The notes under the pieces: generated by a model
Told to the model about the DNA's origin: nothing
Seen by the model: only the letters and a program-made list of their open reading frames with translations
Database searches by the model: none
Translations under genes and position numbers: made by a program
DNA from: Candidatus Tayloriibacteriota bacterium
GTDB taxonomy: Bacteria > Patescibacteriota > Minisyncoccia > Phycocordibacterales > HO2-43-120
NCBI GenBank assembly: GCA_039934295.1
Contig: JBDTMN010000003.1
Span: 10,625-74,624, forward strand
Length of the DNA stretch: 64,000 nt
Reading direction: 5' to 3'
Shown here: positions 34,732 through 44,668 of the stretch, piece by piece
How positions within the stretch are numbered: the stretch's first letter is position 1
Layout: every line of letters begins with the position of its first letter

Positions 34732-35193
34732 TTATTTTAATTCAAACAAAGAAACTCTTTTTTCGAGTCCAACAAATTCCTTGCGGTCAACTTTAGTTTT
34801 CAGAGATTCTTTGATTGTTTTTACATCACTCTTCACGATGGTCATGTCTATTGCTAAATTGCCGATCATTTCCGTATGAGATTTATGAGTTTTAGAATCG
34901 TTGCCGAGAATTTCAGAATGTTTAGCGAGAGTTTCAGAATGCTTGTCAAGAGTTTTAGTATGGTTATCGAGAATTTCAGAATGTTTATCAAGAATTTTTG
35001 TATGCTTACCAAGAGTTTGCATAATATCAGTATACTGCTCCGCAACGACTTTCACTTTGTCCTGAAAATCTTCCGTAAGCGATCCCACATACCGTCTCAT
35101 ATCTTCATCTGACCTCTTATTTAGAGTATCAATATGTTGCTTTATCTCATCATTATATGGTTTTAAGATTTTTTCAATTTCAGAATTTTTCAT
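34732..35193 (-). CDS. Coiled-coil protein with tandem heptad repeats
   Basis: LGKHTKI/LDKHSEI/LDNHTKT/LDKHSET/LAKHSEI; own TTGCAT-16-TATAAT promoter. Confidence 0.7.
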   Translation of the reverse strand: MKNSEIEKILKPYNDEIKQHIDTLNKRSDEDMRRYVGSLTEDFQDKVKVVAEQYTDIMQTLGKHTKILDKHSEILDNHTKTLDKHSETLAKHSEILGNDSKTHKSHTEMIGNLAIDMTIVKSDVKTIKESLKTKVDRKEFVGLEKRVSLFELK

Positions 35194-35435
35194 GCGTTTT
35201 ATTATATCCTCACGTATCTTTAATGCAAGATAGCTACCACAGGCAGATTTTTTTGCATTTCCTTTTTTTCTTTTTTTCTCTTTTTCTCTTTTTTTTGATT
35301 CTCATTATTTGCATATGACTTATACGGCCGCATAAGTCATATGTATGTAACATTTCTAGAGATAATCTGGCGATAACTACAAGCAGAGCCCGGCTTAGAA
35401 AGGAGAGCCCTGCCTAGATTCTCGAAATCTTTTAA

Positions 35436-38400
35436 TTACTGACCGGGCACCGCATCCGAGGACATTTCCGATTCTGGAGGCACATCTACACTTGGAAGAA
35501 GAGGTGTTTCTCCTTCCAAATCTTCCGGAGAAGTAGAGGGAATATCCGTTTCTGGTTCCGGCTCTGGCACCCCTAATGTTGACGGAGTAGATGACGAAAT
35601 GACCGATGTATCATCGGGTGCTTCCGAATCGGAAGAAGGAGTGCTTGAAGCTGTAGAAGTGCTCGTTGGAGACAGGGCTGGAACATGTATCTCCAAAGAA
35701 GTGGTGCTTGATGCTGTAGGCGTGGTAGGTAAAGATGGGACGGATATGTCCGAAGGAGACGTTTCTACCGGTATTTCTGGAGCAGTCGTTACCATGCTCT
35801 CACACTGTCCTTCGGAAGTTTTCGTTTCTCCGTGCACAATTTTCAAACAGTAAGGGTCACCAGTCGCTTCATCGAAAAGAGTAATGCCCGAAGGTTTCTC
35901 CTTGCTTCCAACCTGTATCTCATCCGTCTCCAGTCTTCCGAAGATGCCCAAAGCGGATGTCACTTTTGCCACCACCCACTCCCCCGCCGACTGCACAAGC
36001 TCTTGCACAGCGGAAGCAACTCGAGTGATGAATGATGGAGATGATGAAGCAAGGGTATCGGCAGTTGAGGAAGCAATAAGGAGAGCGGTTGAGGAAGCGA
36101 TGGATGTTATGAATTTTTTATCAGAGGTGAGCTTGGATGCAAGAGTGGAGTCGAGAGTGAGGAGTGAAGACTGGAGGTCGCTCGTAGAACTTGCGATATC
36201 GGCAATCTTAGAGTCAAGAGAGCTGAAGTTTTCGTTCACTTTCTTGTCAGTTGCGTCAAGAGCTAGAGCTAGACTAGAAACTGTCTGGAGAGAGGAAGAA
36301 AGAGAAGAATTCAAAAGTCCAACGTTCGTCGAAAGTGACTCTGCGGTTGTGGAAGCGAGAGAAGCGAGGGAGGCATTGTGTTCTCCGAGCTCGGCTGTCG
36401 AACTTGCGAGCGAGCCGATTTGACCTTGCTGTTCCTGTATAGCTTTGGTAAGGATAGAGGTGAGGTCTTCGTAGCGAACTCCGCGAGGGGTAACTCCATC
36501 TGTGTCGGTGAAGACGAGTCGGGGGTCAACTTTGACAACGTCTTCGGCAATGAGACCGACATGTTGGTCGTTGCTTCCAATGTAGCTGAAGGAGACGGGA
36601 CGGAGAGCATTCACCATGTCGAGAGCGCTTAGGGAGAGCGTGCTGATGTCGTGCTTGAACCGCTCCGATGATGTGGTGCAGGTTTGGGCTCCCGTGTTGA
36701 CTTGGACTTCATTTTGAGCACTCAAACAGAGAGCTGAACCTGATGTGGTTTCCGCGGTCAGGCCGTCAAAGGCGACGGTGCCGGTGACGGAGAGTTTACG
36801 CCAAGGGGAGGTAGTGGCGATGCCAACGTTGCCAGTTGGAAATAGTACATTTCCAGCTGATGTTTGATTTATATCAATGTAAGAAACTGTTCCTGCAGCG
36901 TTTCTGACTAGGAATCCACCACTATCAAATGCAAAGGCACCAGAGGTAACCAATTTTCCATTTGCCCCACCTGTGCTCATAAGTTGTGGCCCACCATCAA
37001 TAAGAAACCCTTGATTGTTAACTGCGGGCATATTGATACTTCCATTCACAGTTAACTTTTGGGTTGGAGTTGTCGTGCCGATGCCGACACTGCCTGTATT
37101 TCTTATTACAAAATCAGATGAGGCGGCAAAACCTGTATTATCCATGGTGCCAGTAGTTTGAATTTTGAAACCAACGAAATTTCTTTGGTATCCCAACTGA
37201 ACTGACCCTTGATCTACCGTAAACTTTGCTAACGCTGCAGTAACTGAACTCCCTCCTGTCCCTTGGATTAAAGCCTGAGGAGTTGATCCTATATTATTTA
37301 AATGCAAAAGAGCTGAGGGAGTTGTCGTTCCAATCCCGACGTTACCAGAGGTATCTATTCGCATTCTTTCTCCATTCACTCCTGAAAATATATACCCATT
37401 CGCTCCACTTTGATTACCAAAAAATTCCAAATAACCTGTATTTGCTATTCTACTAATATCGTAGGTAAATGTGGGGCCACCACCTCCGTTTCCGACTCTT
37501 AATTGCTTTCTGTCAAAGCTGGCATTCGAAAGTGGTCCGATCTCAAGCATGGTCTGTGGATTTGTCGTCCCCACCCCCACATTCCCACTATCCAAAATCG
37601 TGAACAAAGGACTGTTGCTGGAATTCGTCGTCTGGAAATTTATGCCTGTGGTCAAACCCGCACCTTTCACGGAAAGTTTCGCGAATGGTGAAGTGGTCCC
37701 GATTCCTACATTGCCTCCATTCAATACAACTAATTTAGAATCTGCATACAAATAATCATCACTTGAATTTAAGGCGGCCATCACTAAATTAGCATTGCCT
37801 GCAGCATTGAGAGATTGGTACTGTTGCGTGTTTGGTACTCGAATACTTCCTCCGAATAGGACTCTGCCGTCGACTGACGTGGTAATAGTGTTTTGTGGAG
37901 TTCCATCTTGAAGAACGAACATCGAAGTGTTGGCTCCAACACCCATAGCTAACCCAGAAGTTCCCGCAAACATAGTAAACGACTTCCCACCCACTCCCGT
38001 ATTGGTAATCTTAAGGGCTGGAGAGACAGTGCCAGAAATTTCTAAAAGTTGGGTAGGATTGCTTGTTCCAATGCCGACTCTGCCTAAATTATTTATTTTC
38101 ATCATGGGGCCTGTTGCATTCGCAATGCTCAAAAGATCGCCCCCGTTTCCATTCGACCAGGCACTAAGCATACTTAATGAAGTGAACCCGACAGCGGGAG
38201 AGTTGTTAATGCTGATTGCTCCCTTATTTACACTGCCCGGACCAGTATCGATGTTAAGTACGTTTACCCCCGCAGGACCTCCAATCCCCACATTCCCCGA
38301 TGTCGCCAAAAAGATTGACGATGTCGCGGTCAAGGTTGTTCCGTTCGCCGAGTAGTAAGGAATTTGTCCTGTCGTTCCGCTTCCAACTGCACCACCCAAA

Positions 38401-41400
38401 CAACTCGTGCCGTCGATTGAGAAGCAAGGTGACGTTATTCCTCCCGCAAAAGTTGAAGTGGCATTTGAAGAAGTGGCGGTAAACGAACCCGCAAGAGCAT
38501 TTGTGCCCAAGTCTGACGAGCCGTTGACGGACAATTTTCTCCACGGTGAAGTGGTGCCAATCCCGACGTTGCCTGTGAAATTAACACGCATGACTTCGGA
38601 AGATGAAGTTGCATTATTTGCCGTGTTGAAAGTTAGAGCTCCTGAAATACCACTTGCGCCTCCTACAATTTTGGTGGCAATTATTGAAGCAAGTTCAGTT
38701 TGCACGCCGCCAGTATCAAGAAGGCCCCCAAAAGAAATCCTTACACCGCTTCCGAGCGAGGTGGAGTTGTTCGCCAAAATAAGAGGCGTTGTCGGCACTA
38801 ATGCGACAGAGTTAAATATCGAAACAGTGTCACTGACAACTCCATTTGACGACCCAAAGTTAACAGCTTTGTTTGAATTTGCAGTGTTTGGTGAAGAAAT
38901 CGAGAAGGTATCCGAGGAATCTCCCACTTGCCGTATCCCAAATGCTCCTAAACCATTAAATCCAAATTGATAGGAAGCATTCGCTGCGTTCGCTCTCTGG
39001 AACGCCATATATCCAGTAGCCCCACCGCTTGAGCCAATCCTAAGCCTCATAAGTTCTCCTTGTGCAGCGGTATCAATAGTTTTCCCGATACCCAAACTGC
39101 CATTGATATCCGTGAGGAAACTCGGGTTAGTCAAGCCAATCCCTACATTCCCTCCTCCTGTGGCAAATGTTGCGCCCCCCGCAAAAGTCGAGGTCGCCGT
39201 TGTTGAAGTGGCATTGAAATATTCTGCAACTACAGGACCGACGACGGAAAGTTTTGCGAAAGGCGAAGTGGTGCCAATGCCGACGTTGCCATTCGATAAT
39301 ATTCTCATCCTTTCTGTGTTGTTGGTTGCAAAAAGCATTGGGTTCGCCCCGTTTGTTTTAAGAATCAGATTATTGGTTGCGGCCACTTGGGCAGTATCAA
39401 AGTTACTAAGGCCAAAAATCGTGCCGGAATTTGTCGCTGACCCCTGTAAAATAGACACGCTCGCATTACCACCTCCACTAGAATTATAAAGCGATAGTGC
39501 TGAATATCCACCAGCTCCCGCGTTATACACCTCAATGCCTCCGAAACTCGTGTTGTTGGCTTTTATAACAACTGCCGTTCCTGAAAACACAGGACCTCCA
39601 TAACCGCCTACATCAAGAAGAGCTTGAGGACTCACCGTTCCAATCCCAACTCTCCCATTCTGCGCCAAAAAGATTGACGATGTCGCTGTCAACGTCGTTC
39701 CGTTCGCCGCGTAGTAAGGAAACTGTCCCGTCGTTCCGCTTCCAACCGCGCCACCCAAGCAACTCGTGCCGTCGATTGAGAAACATGATGCTCTTATGCC
39801 TCCGGCAAAAGTCGAGGTCGCCGTTGTCGAAGTGGCATTGAAATATTCTGCAACTACAGGACCGACGACAGAAAGTTTCGCGAAAGGCGAAGTGGTGCCG
39901 ATCCCGACGTTGCCATTATTAAGAATAGTGAGGAGTGCTGTTCCATCAATATTTACACGTCCAGTTGAAGATCCTTTAGCAATCTGGAATATACCAGTTC
40001 CATCATTGTCACTGTCTATTGCAATTTGCAGGTTGCTCACCGCTGAGATGTTTTGTCCTCCCGTAAATGTTTGGCCCACGCGCATTTTCGATACTCCAGT
40101 TTCTAATGATTCAAAATATGCGGACTGCCCAGACATCGAATCAACGACTATGCGTGGACCTCCCAACGAGTCGAACTGTGCTCGTATCTGACCTAGACCT
40201 GTATCCAGGGAACGGAAAACAGCAGCGGCACCGCCAGAGAGATTTGTATTGGTAAAGCGAGCAACCCCCCCCGCACCTCCGTCTGCCTCAACGTCCAACT
40301 TAAAAGTAGGAGACGTCGTTCCAATCCCCACACTCCCACTATCCAAAATAGTAAACAGCGGACTGTCGCTGGAATTCGTCGTCTGGAAATTTACTCCTGT
40401 CGTCAAACCCGCACCTTTCACGGAAAGTTTTGCCAGTGGAGAAGTAGAGCCGATACCAACATTCCCATTCTGCGCCAGAAAGATTGACGAAGTCGCGGTC
40501 AACGTCGTTCCGTTCGCCGCGTAGTAAGGAAACTGTCCCGTCGTTCCGCTTCCAACTGCGCCACCCAAACAACTCGTGCCGTCGATTGAGAAACATGAGG
40601 CTCTTATGCCTCCAGCAAAAGTTGAAGTGGCATTTGAAGAAGTTGCGGTAAATGAACCCGCAAGAGCGTTCGTGCCCAAGTCTGATGAGCCTTTTACGGA
40701 GAGCGTGCGCCATGGAGAAGTGGTCCCGATACCGACGTTGCCATCATTCCTCACTGTAAACAGATTGGTGTTTGCGCTGTTGTCCACGCGAAAGGCGTTG
40801 GTTGCCGATGTCGCTCCCGTTCCTCGAATGTGAAGTCGCGCAGAAGGAGCTATGGTGCCAAAACCATGTAATGTCGCGCCACCATTTGCGCCATCAGTAT
40901 CAAATCCATATACGTATGAGTCACTTGCTGAAATCGCAGTGTTCGATCCAAATACTGCAGATCGAGCGCCGGATACATTAAGAGCCGCTCCAAATCCTAT
41001 CGAGTCTGCGTTAGAGATAATCGAATTTCTCCCTACGACTACCGCACTTGAGCTACTTGCAGTTGCTTGTGCGCCCGACCCTATGACAACTGATCGAAAT
41101 CCTCGTGATTGAGCGGCATATCCAACAAGCACTGTATCGGATTCAGCACTAACTGCTGTCGCACCGATAACAATATTTTTAGGCTGGTCAGCTAGAGATT
41201 TTACACCATAGCCTATCAATACATTGAAATATGAGTTGCCCGTCGCCACAGTTTCAATATTATTCCCTAACAGTACTGATACTCCTAAACCTGTTCCCGT
41301 AATTATATTATTACCGATGACGAGATTATCGTCACCAGGGTGGGAGGGATAAGGTTGATTAGATATTACTATTGAATTATCAACGCTCGAAGCTTGAAGA

Positions 41401-43787
41401 CTCTGTTGACCGACAATACTTAGTTGTTGGGTCGGCGTCGTCGTCCCAATCCCCACATTCCCCGATGTCGCCAAAAAGATTGACGATGTCGCTGTCAACG
41501 TCGTGCCGTTCCCCGCGTAGTAAGGAAACTGTCCCGTCGTTCCGCTTCCAACTGCGCCACCCAAACAACTCGTGCCGTCGATTGAGAAACAAGGTGACGT
41601 TATTCCTCCCGCAAACGTCGAGGTCGCCGTTGTCGAAGTGGCATTAAAATATTCTGCAACAACTGCACCGACTACAGAAAGTTTGGCGAAAGGTGAGGTG
41701 GTGCCAATGCCAACATTGCCCGCATTGTAAAATATGTTTGAGCCGGAAGTCGTCCACTGGCTTCCAATAAAGGGCGAACCGTTCTGGAGAAATGTTCCAT
41801 TGAAGTTGAGATTTCCTCCGACGGACAGATTGCCTGCGAATGTTGAAGTGGCAGCTGTAGAGGTCGCCGTCAAGTATGCAACGGTCGGAGAAGACGAAGC
41901 TAAGAGCGCTCCTGTGCCTCCGCTTGAAAACAGCCAACCCTGTCCGAATGAAGTCGCGCCGGTGCCACCGTTAGCAATACCGAGAGTTCCGGAGACGCTA
42001 GCGAGATTCGAGGTAATGTTCAGCGATGAAGTCGCTACAAGGTCATATCCTCCGGATGCATTTCCAAGAAGAAGCTGTCCGAGTGAGGGAGGAGTAGAAG
42101 TTCCAGTGCCTCCATAGAGCACTCCGATTGATGTGGTGGCAGAGACTGTGCCGTTATTGGCTTGAAGAGGTCCGTTCAATGCATCAATGGAGAGTCCTCC
42201 GTTCATTGTTTGCAGAGCAGTGAAGGTGTTGGCCGTGTACGTCTTGGGAATAGTAGTTGAGCCGTTCACGAAAGAATTGACGAGAGTATTGGAAAAGAAA
42301 AGATTGGTGGAACCTTGGACGAGATTGTCAGAATTAATGTTGAGAGAAGAAGTTGCAACAGCTCCCACGAGACCGTTCGTGCCAAAGAGAAGTCCGTTCA
42401 ATGTGTCCAAGGTAGTATTCCCTGTTACGGCAAAGTCTCCACCGATGGTCTGGCCACCTGTCACAAGAGAGCCGAAGCGAGCAGTGCCATCTACATCAAG
42501 GTCAAATTGGGGAGTAGTGGTGCCAATGCCTACGCGGTGGTTCACTGAATCAATGAAGAGCGTATCGGTGTCGAAGGTGGAATTTCCTGCAAAGGTGGAT
42601 GTTCCGTTGATAGTGAGCTCGCTTCCGGAAAAAGTGGAGTTGGTGATGGTGGCTCCGGTGATTGTGGGATTGGTGAAGGTGCCATTGTTTGAATTTGAAT
42701 TTGAGTCAGAGCTTGAGTTTGATCGTCTGATACTGTCAAAAATTCGGTCGGTCTGGAGGGATTCGTGGAGAGCAAGACCGTAGAGTTGGTTCTGGAGATT
42801 CGTGAAAAGAGCGTCGACGTAGGATTGTGGGACACCTTGCGTAGTGTAGGTGGTGTAGTAGGTAGGGTTTTGGGTGATGTTTGTGGTAGACGGGTTGTTC
42901 TGAAAAAGAGAAAAGAGAGGAGAAGGCGTGGGGGAAGAGATGGGCGCAGGCGTGATTTGCACGGTTGGTTTCGGACAATATGCAGGTGTGGCTCCGGGCA
43001 TGAAGGGGTCGACGAAACATCGAAGTTTCTGCCACCAGTTCAACAGGGTGAGCGAGAGAGAGTCGGTAACTGTAGCGACAGAGTTTGTGACTGAAGCTAC
43101 GGAGTTCGTGATTGTAGTAATGGAGACATTGGGCTCGCTCTTTTTGGGACAATAGGAGGGAGTGGCCCAGGGAACAAAGGGGTCAATGACGCATCGAAAC
43201 TTCTGCCACCAGGATAAGCGTGCGGGTTGTGAAGCGGTGTCGGAAAGTGAGATGTCTGCGAGAGCAAGAGGGACAGATGCGAGTGAAGCGTCTGCAAGGG
43301 GAAGAGATGCGAGTGAAGAATCGGCAGGAATGTCTTCGGAGAGGACGGTGGAGTTAATTTTTTCTCTCGGATTGTCGAAAGTGCTCACGAAGCTTGCGAC
43401 AGGAGCTGTTTCGATGATTGCGAGGTGGGAGAGAGTAGTGAATTGATTTTGAAGAGAGACGTAGAGCGCGTTGAGATAGGTTGCGTAAGACTCGGTGACT
43501 TCTTCAAGATTGAATTGGGGAACGTAGATTGGGTTTTGGGTGATGGGAGGAGAGGAGAGCGAGAGAGATTGCGGGGAGAGGGCCGCGTCCGCAACGGACG
43601 CGGCATAATTACCTTCCCCATTCGCTACATGAATGCCAAGAGGAGAAGGAAGAGCGGTGAGAACACTTGTTAGGTATCCTTCTTGGAGAGAGTAAGAGAA
43701 GAGAGAAATACAACAGGTGGCTCCGAATACTAAAAAAGAAAAAATAGTTGAAAAACCCCCGGCCGTATTTTGTAATCGCCTTCGCAT
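35436..43787 (-). CDS. Giant fibre/adhesin-like protein with GNVGIGT repeats and an S74 intramolecular chaperone domain
   Basis: Many GNVGIGTTSP repeats; SSERFKHDI...LRPVSF...GLIAEDV...KAIQEQQ; start uncertain (ATG 43787 or 43880). Confidence 0.85.
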   Translation of the reverse strand: MRRRLQNTAGGFSTIFSFLVFGATCCISLFSYSLQEGYLTSVLTALPSPLGIHVANGEGNYAASVADAALSPQSLSLSSPPITQNPIYVPQFNLEEVTESYATYLNALYVSLQNQFTTLSHLAIIETAPVASFVSTFDNPREKINSTVLSEDIPADSSLASLPLADASLASVPLALADISLSDTASQPARLSWWQKFRCVIDPFVPWATPSYCPKKSEPNVSITTITNSVASVTNSVATVTDSLSLTLLNWWQKLRCFVDPFMPGATPAYCPKPTVQITPAPISSPTPSPLFSLFQNNPSTTNITQNPTYYTTYTTQGVPQSYVDALFTNLQNQLYGLALHESLQTDRIFDSIRRSNSSSDSNSNSNNGTFTNPTITGATITNSTFSGSELTINGTSTFAGNSTFDTDTLFIDSVNHRVGIGTTTPQFDLDVDGTARFGSLVTGGQTIGGDFAVTGNTTLDTLNGLLFGTNGLVGAVATSSLNINSDNLVQGSTNLFFSNTLVNSFVNGSTTIPKTYTANTFTALQTMNGGLSIDALNGPLQANNGTVSATTSIGVLYGGTGTSTPPSLGQLLLGNASGGYDLVATSSLNITSNLASVSGTLGIANGGTGATSFGQGWLFSSGGTGALLASSSPTVAYLTATSTAATSTFAGNLSVGGNLNFNGTFLQNGSPFIGSQWTTSGSNIFYNAGNVGIGTTSPFAKLSVVGAVVAEYFNATSTTATSTFAGGITSPCFSIDGTSCLGGAVGSGTTGQFPYYAGNGTTLTATSSIFLATSGNVGIGTTTPTQQLSIVGQQSLQASSVDNSIVISNQPYPSHPGDDNLVIGNNIITGTGLGVSVLLGNNIETVATGNSYFNVLIGYGVKSLADQPKNIVIGATAVSAESDTVLVGYAAQSRGFRSVVIGSGAQATASSSSAVVVGRNSIISNADSIGFGAALNVSGARSAVFGSNTAISASDSYVYGFDTDGANGGATLHGFGTIAPSARLHIRGTGATSATNAFRVDNSANTNLFTVRNDGNVGIGTTSPWRTLSVKGSSDLGTNALAGSFTATSSNATSTFAGGIRASCFSIDGTSCLGGAVGSGTTGQFPYYAANGTTLTATSSIFLAQNGNVGIGSTSPLAKLSVKGAGLTTGVNFQTTNSSDSPLFTILDSGSVGIGTTSPTFKLDVEADGGAGGVARFTNTNLSGGAAAVFRSLDTGLGQIRAQFDSLGGPRIVVDSMSGQSAYFESLETGVSKMRVGQTFTGGQNISAVSNLQIAIDSDNDGTGIFQIAKGSSTGRVNIDGTALLTILNNGNVGIGTTSPFAKLSVVGPVVAEYFNATSTTATSTFAGGIRASCFSIDGTSCLGGAVGSGTTGQFPYYAANGTTLTATSSIFLAQNGRVGIGTVSPQALLDVGGYGGPVFSGTAVVIKANNTSFGGIEVYNAGAGGYSALSLYNSSGGGNASVSILQGSATNSGTIFGLSNFDTAQVAATNNLILKTNGANPMLFATNNTERMRILSNGNVGIGTTSPFAKLSVVGPVVAEYFNATSTTATSTFAGGATFATGGGNVGIGLTNPSFLTDINGSLGIGKTIDTAAQGELMRLRIGSSGGATGYMAFQRANAANASYQFGFNGLGAFGIRQVGDSSDTFSISSPNTANSNKAVNFGSSNGVVSDTVSIFNSVALVPTTPLILANNSTSLGSGVRISFGGLLDTGGVQTELASIIATKIVGGASGISGALTFNTANNATSSSEVMRVNFTGNVGIGTTSPWRKLSVNGSSDLGTNALAGSFTATSSNATSTFAGGITSPCFSIDGTSCLGGAVGSGTTGQIPYYSANGTTLTATSSIFLATSGNVGIGGPAGVNVLNIDTGPGSVNKGAISINNSPAVGFTSLSMLSAWSNGNGGDLLSIANATGPMMKINNLGRVGIGTSNPTQLLEISGTVSPALKITNTGVGGKSFTMFAGTSGLAMGVGANTSMFVLQDGTPQNTITTSVDGRVLFGGSIRVPNTQQYQSLNAAGNANLVMAALNSSDDYLYADSKLVVLNGGNVGIGTTSPFAKLSVKGAGLTTGINFQTTNSSNSPLFTILDSGNVGVGTTNPQTMLEIGPLSNASFDRKQLRVGNGGGGPTFTYDISRIANTGYLEFFGNQSGANGYIFSGVNGERMRIDTSGNVGIGTTTPSALLHLNNIGSTPQALIQGTGGSSVTAALAKFTVDQGSVQLGYQRNFVGFKIQTTGTMDNTGFAASSDFVIRNTGSVGIGTTTPTQKLTVNGSINMPAVNNQGFLIDGGPQLMSTGGANGKLVTSGAFAFDSGGFLVRNAAGTVSYIDINQTSAGNVLFPTGNVGIATTSPWRKLSVTGTVAFDGLTAETTSGSALCLSAQNEVQVNTGAQTCTTSSERFKHDISTLSLSALDMVNALRPVSFSYIGSNDQHVGLIAEDVVKVDPRLVFTDTDGVTPRGVRYEDLTSILTKAIQEQQGQIGSLASSTAELGEHNASLASLASTTAESLSTNVGLLNSSLSSSLQTVSSLALALDATDKKVNENFSSLDSKIADIASSTSDLQSSLLTLDSTLASKLTSDKKFITSIASSTALLIASSTADTLASSSPSFITRVASAVQELVQSAGEWVVAKVTSALGIFGRLETDEIQVGSKEKPSGITLFDEATGDPYCLKIVHGETKTSEGQCESMVTTAPEIPVETSPSDISVPSLPTTPTASSTTSLEIHVPALSPTSTSTASSTPSSDSEAPDDTSVISSSTPSTLGVPEPEPETDIPSTSPEDLEGETPLLPSVDVPPESEMSSDAVPGQ

Positions 43788-43907
43788 AAGCCATATTTTA
43801 TCATAGAAGCATTGGCAATACTTAAAAAAAAGTGGGGATAAACTAGGGTCGTCGATTCTTGCAAAAAAAATCCCGTCCACAACAAAGTCGTGGACGGAGA
43901 TGGGGAA

Positions 43908-44450
43908 TCACCAGTTCCAAAATATTGGATGCCGATGCCCAAAAGATTTGAGCTCCGGTGGCTTCACAGCATAGTCCAGCTTGCAGACTAAGCAGGTGTA
44001 ATGAAAATGGCACTGGTGCACTATTTTCCCCGGATCCTCACTTTCTCTTTTGGGAAAATCATCCCACCAGCCGGGACGACTAGCCGAGTGTCTTTTAAAT
44101 TTCCAGGGAGGAACTTCTCGCCAATAGTTCCTCCGAACAAACCATCCCCCAAAAAGATTTCTTTTCTTTTTGACCGAACCATCCTTTTGTGTAACTTCCC
44201 TGATTGAACAGCGGGGACAACGGCGATGAGCTCGGCGCACTATCCGAAATCCCACAACGCACGCCACGACGAGAACCGGAAAAACAGTCCAGAAAGCGCG
44301 GTACTTCCACGCAAAAATGAGCGAGATAAGCGTCACGAGAACAGCAGTCGTCTCCCATGCGATAAAAAGCCACCTTTTCAGGGACTCGATTTCTGATTTT
44401 GTGCGGTGAACATCTCGTACATGAGCCAATCCGTTTCCAAAAATTTTCAT
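43908..44450 (-). CDS. Hypothetical 2-TM protein with CxxC pairs
   Basis: CPRC and CLVC. Confidence 0.55.
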   Translation of the reverse strand: MKIFGNGLAHVRDVHRTKSEIESLKRWLFIAWETTAVLVTLISLIFAWKYRAFWTVFPVLVVACVVGFRIVRRAHRRCPRCSIREVTQKDGSVKKKRNLFGGWFVRRNYWREVPPWKFKRHSASRPGWWDDFPKRESEDPGKIVHQCHFHYTCLVCKLDYAVKPPELKSFGHRHPIFWNW

Positions 44451-44668
44451 ACGTTCCTTGTCTTTTCATTCGGTCAGAAGTTGCGGTTAAGAGTAAAAGT
44501 CTGGAAAAACAATTTCCAATTCAGATTCTAACATATTTACTCGATTCTCAATAACGAAATGCCGAGACTTGTCCTAAAGTAGCCATATTTCTCCAGTGTA
44601 TGCTATGATTTAAAAAAGTTTGCATTTTTTTACTATATAGCTTTTAGAAAGTCCGCATTTTCATAAAC

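Noticed and set aside
35247-35345. Poly-pyrimidine tract and CATATGACTTAT...ATAAGTCATATG palindrome
   Set aside because: Probably a terminator or low-complexity spacer; nothing supports a more specific function.
35355-35398. CAGAGCCCGGCTTA resembling the RNase P RNA 3' end
   Set aside because: No GAGGAAAGTCC 5' motif was found upstream and the match is too short to call.
35599-43673. Numerous plus-strand ORFs opposite the giant gene (also opposite RHS, dnaB and the ATPase)
   Set aside because: These are antisense shadows of long coding genes.
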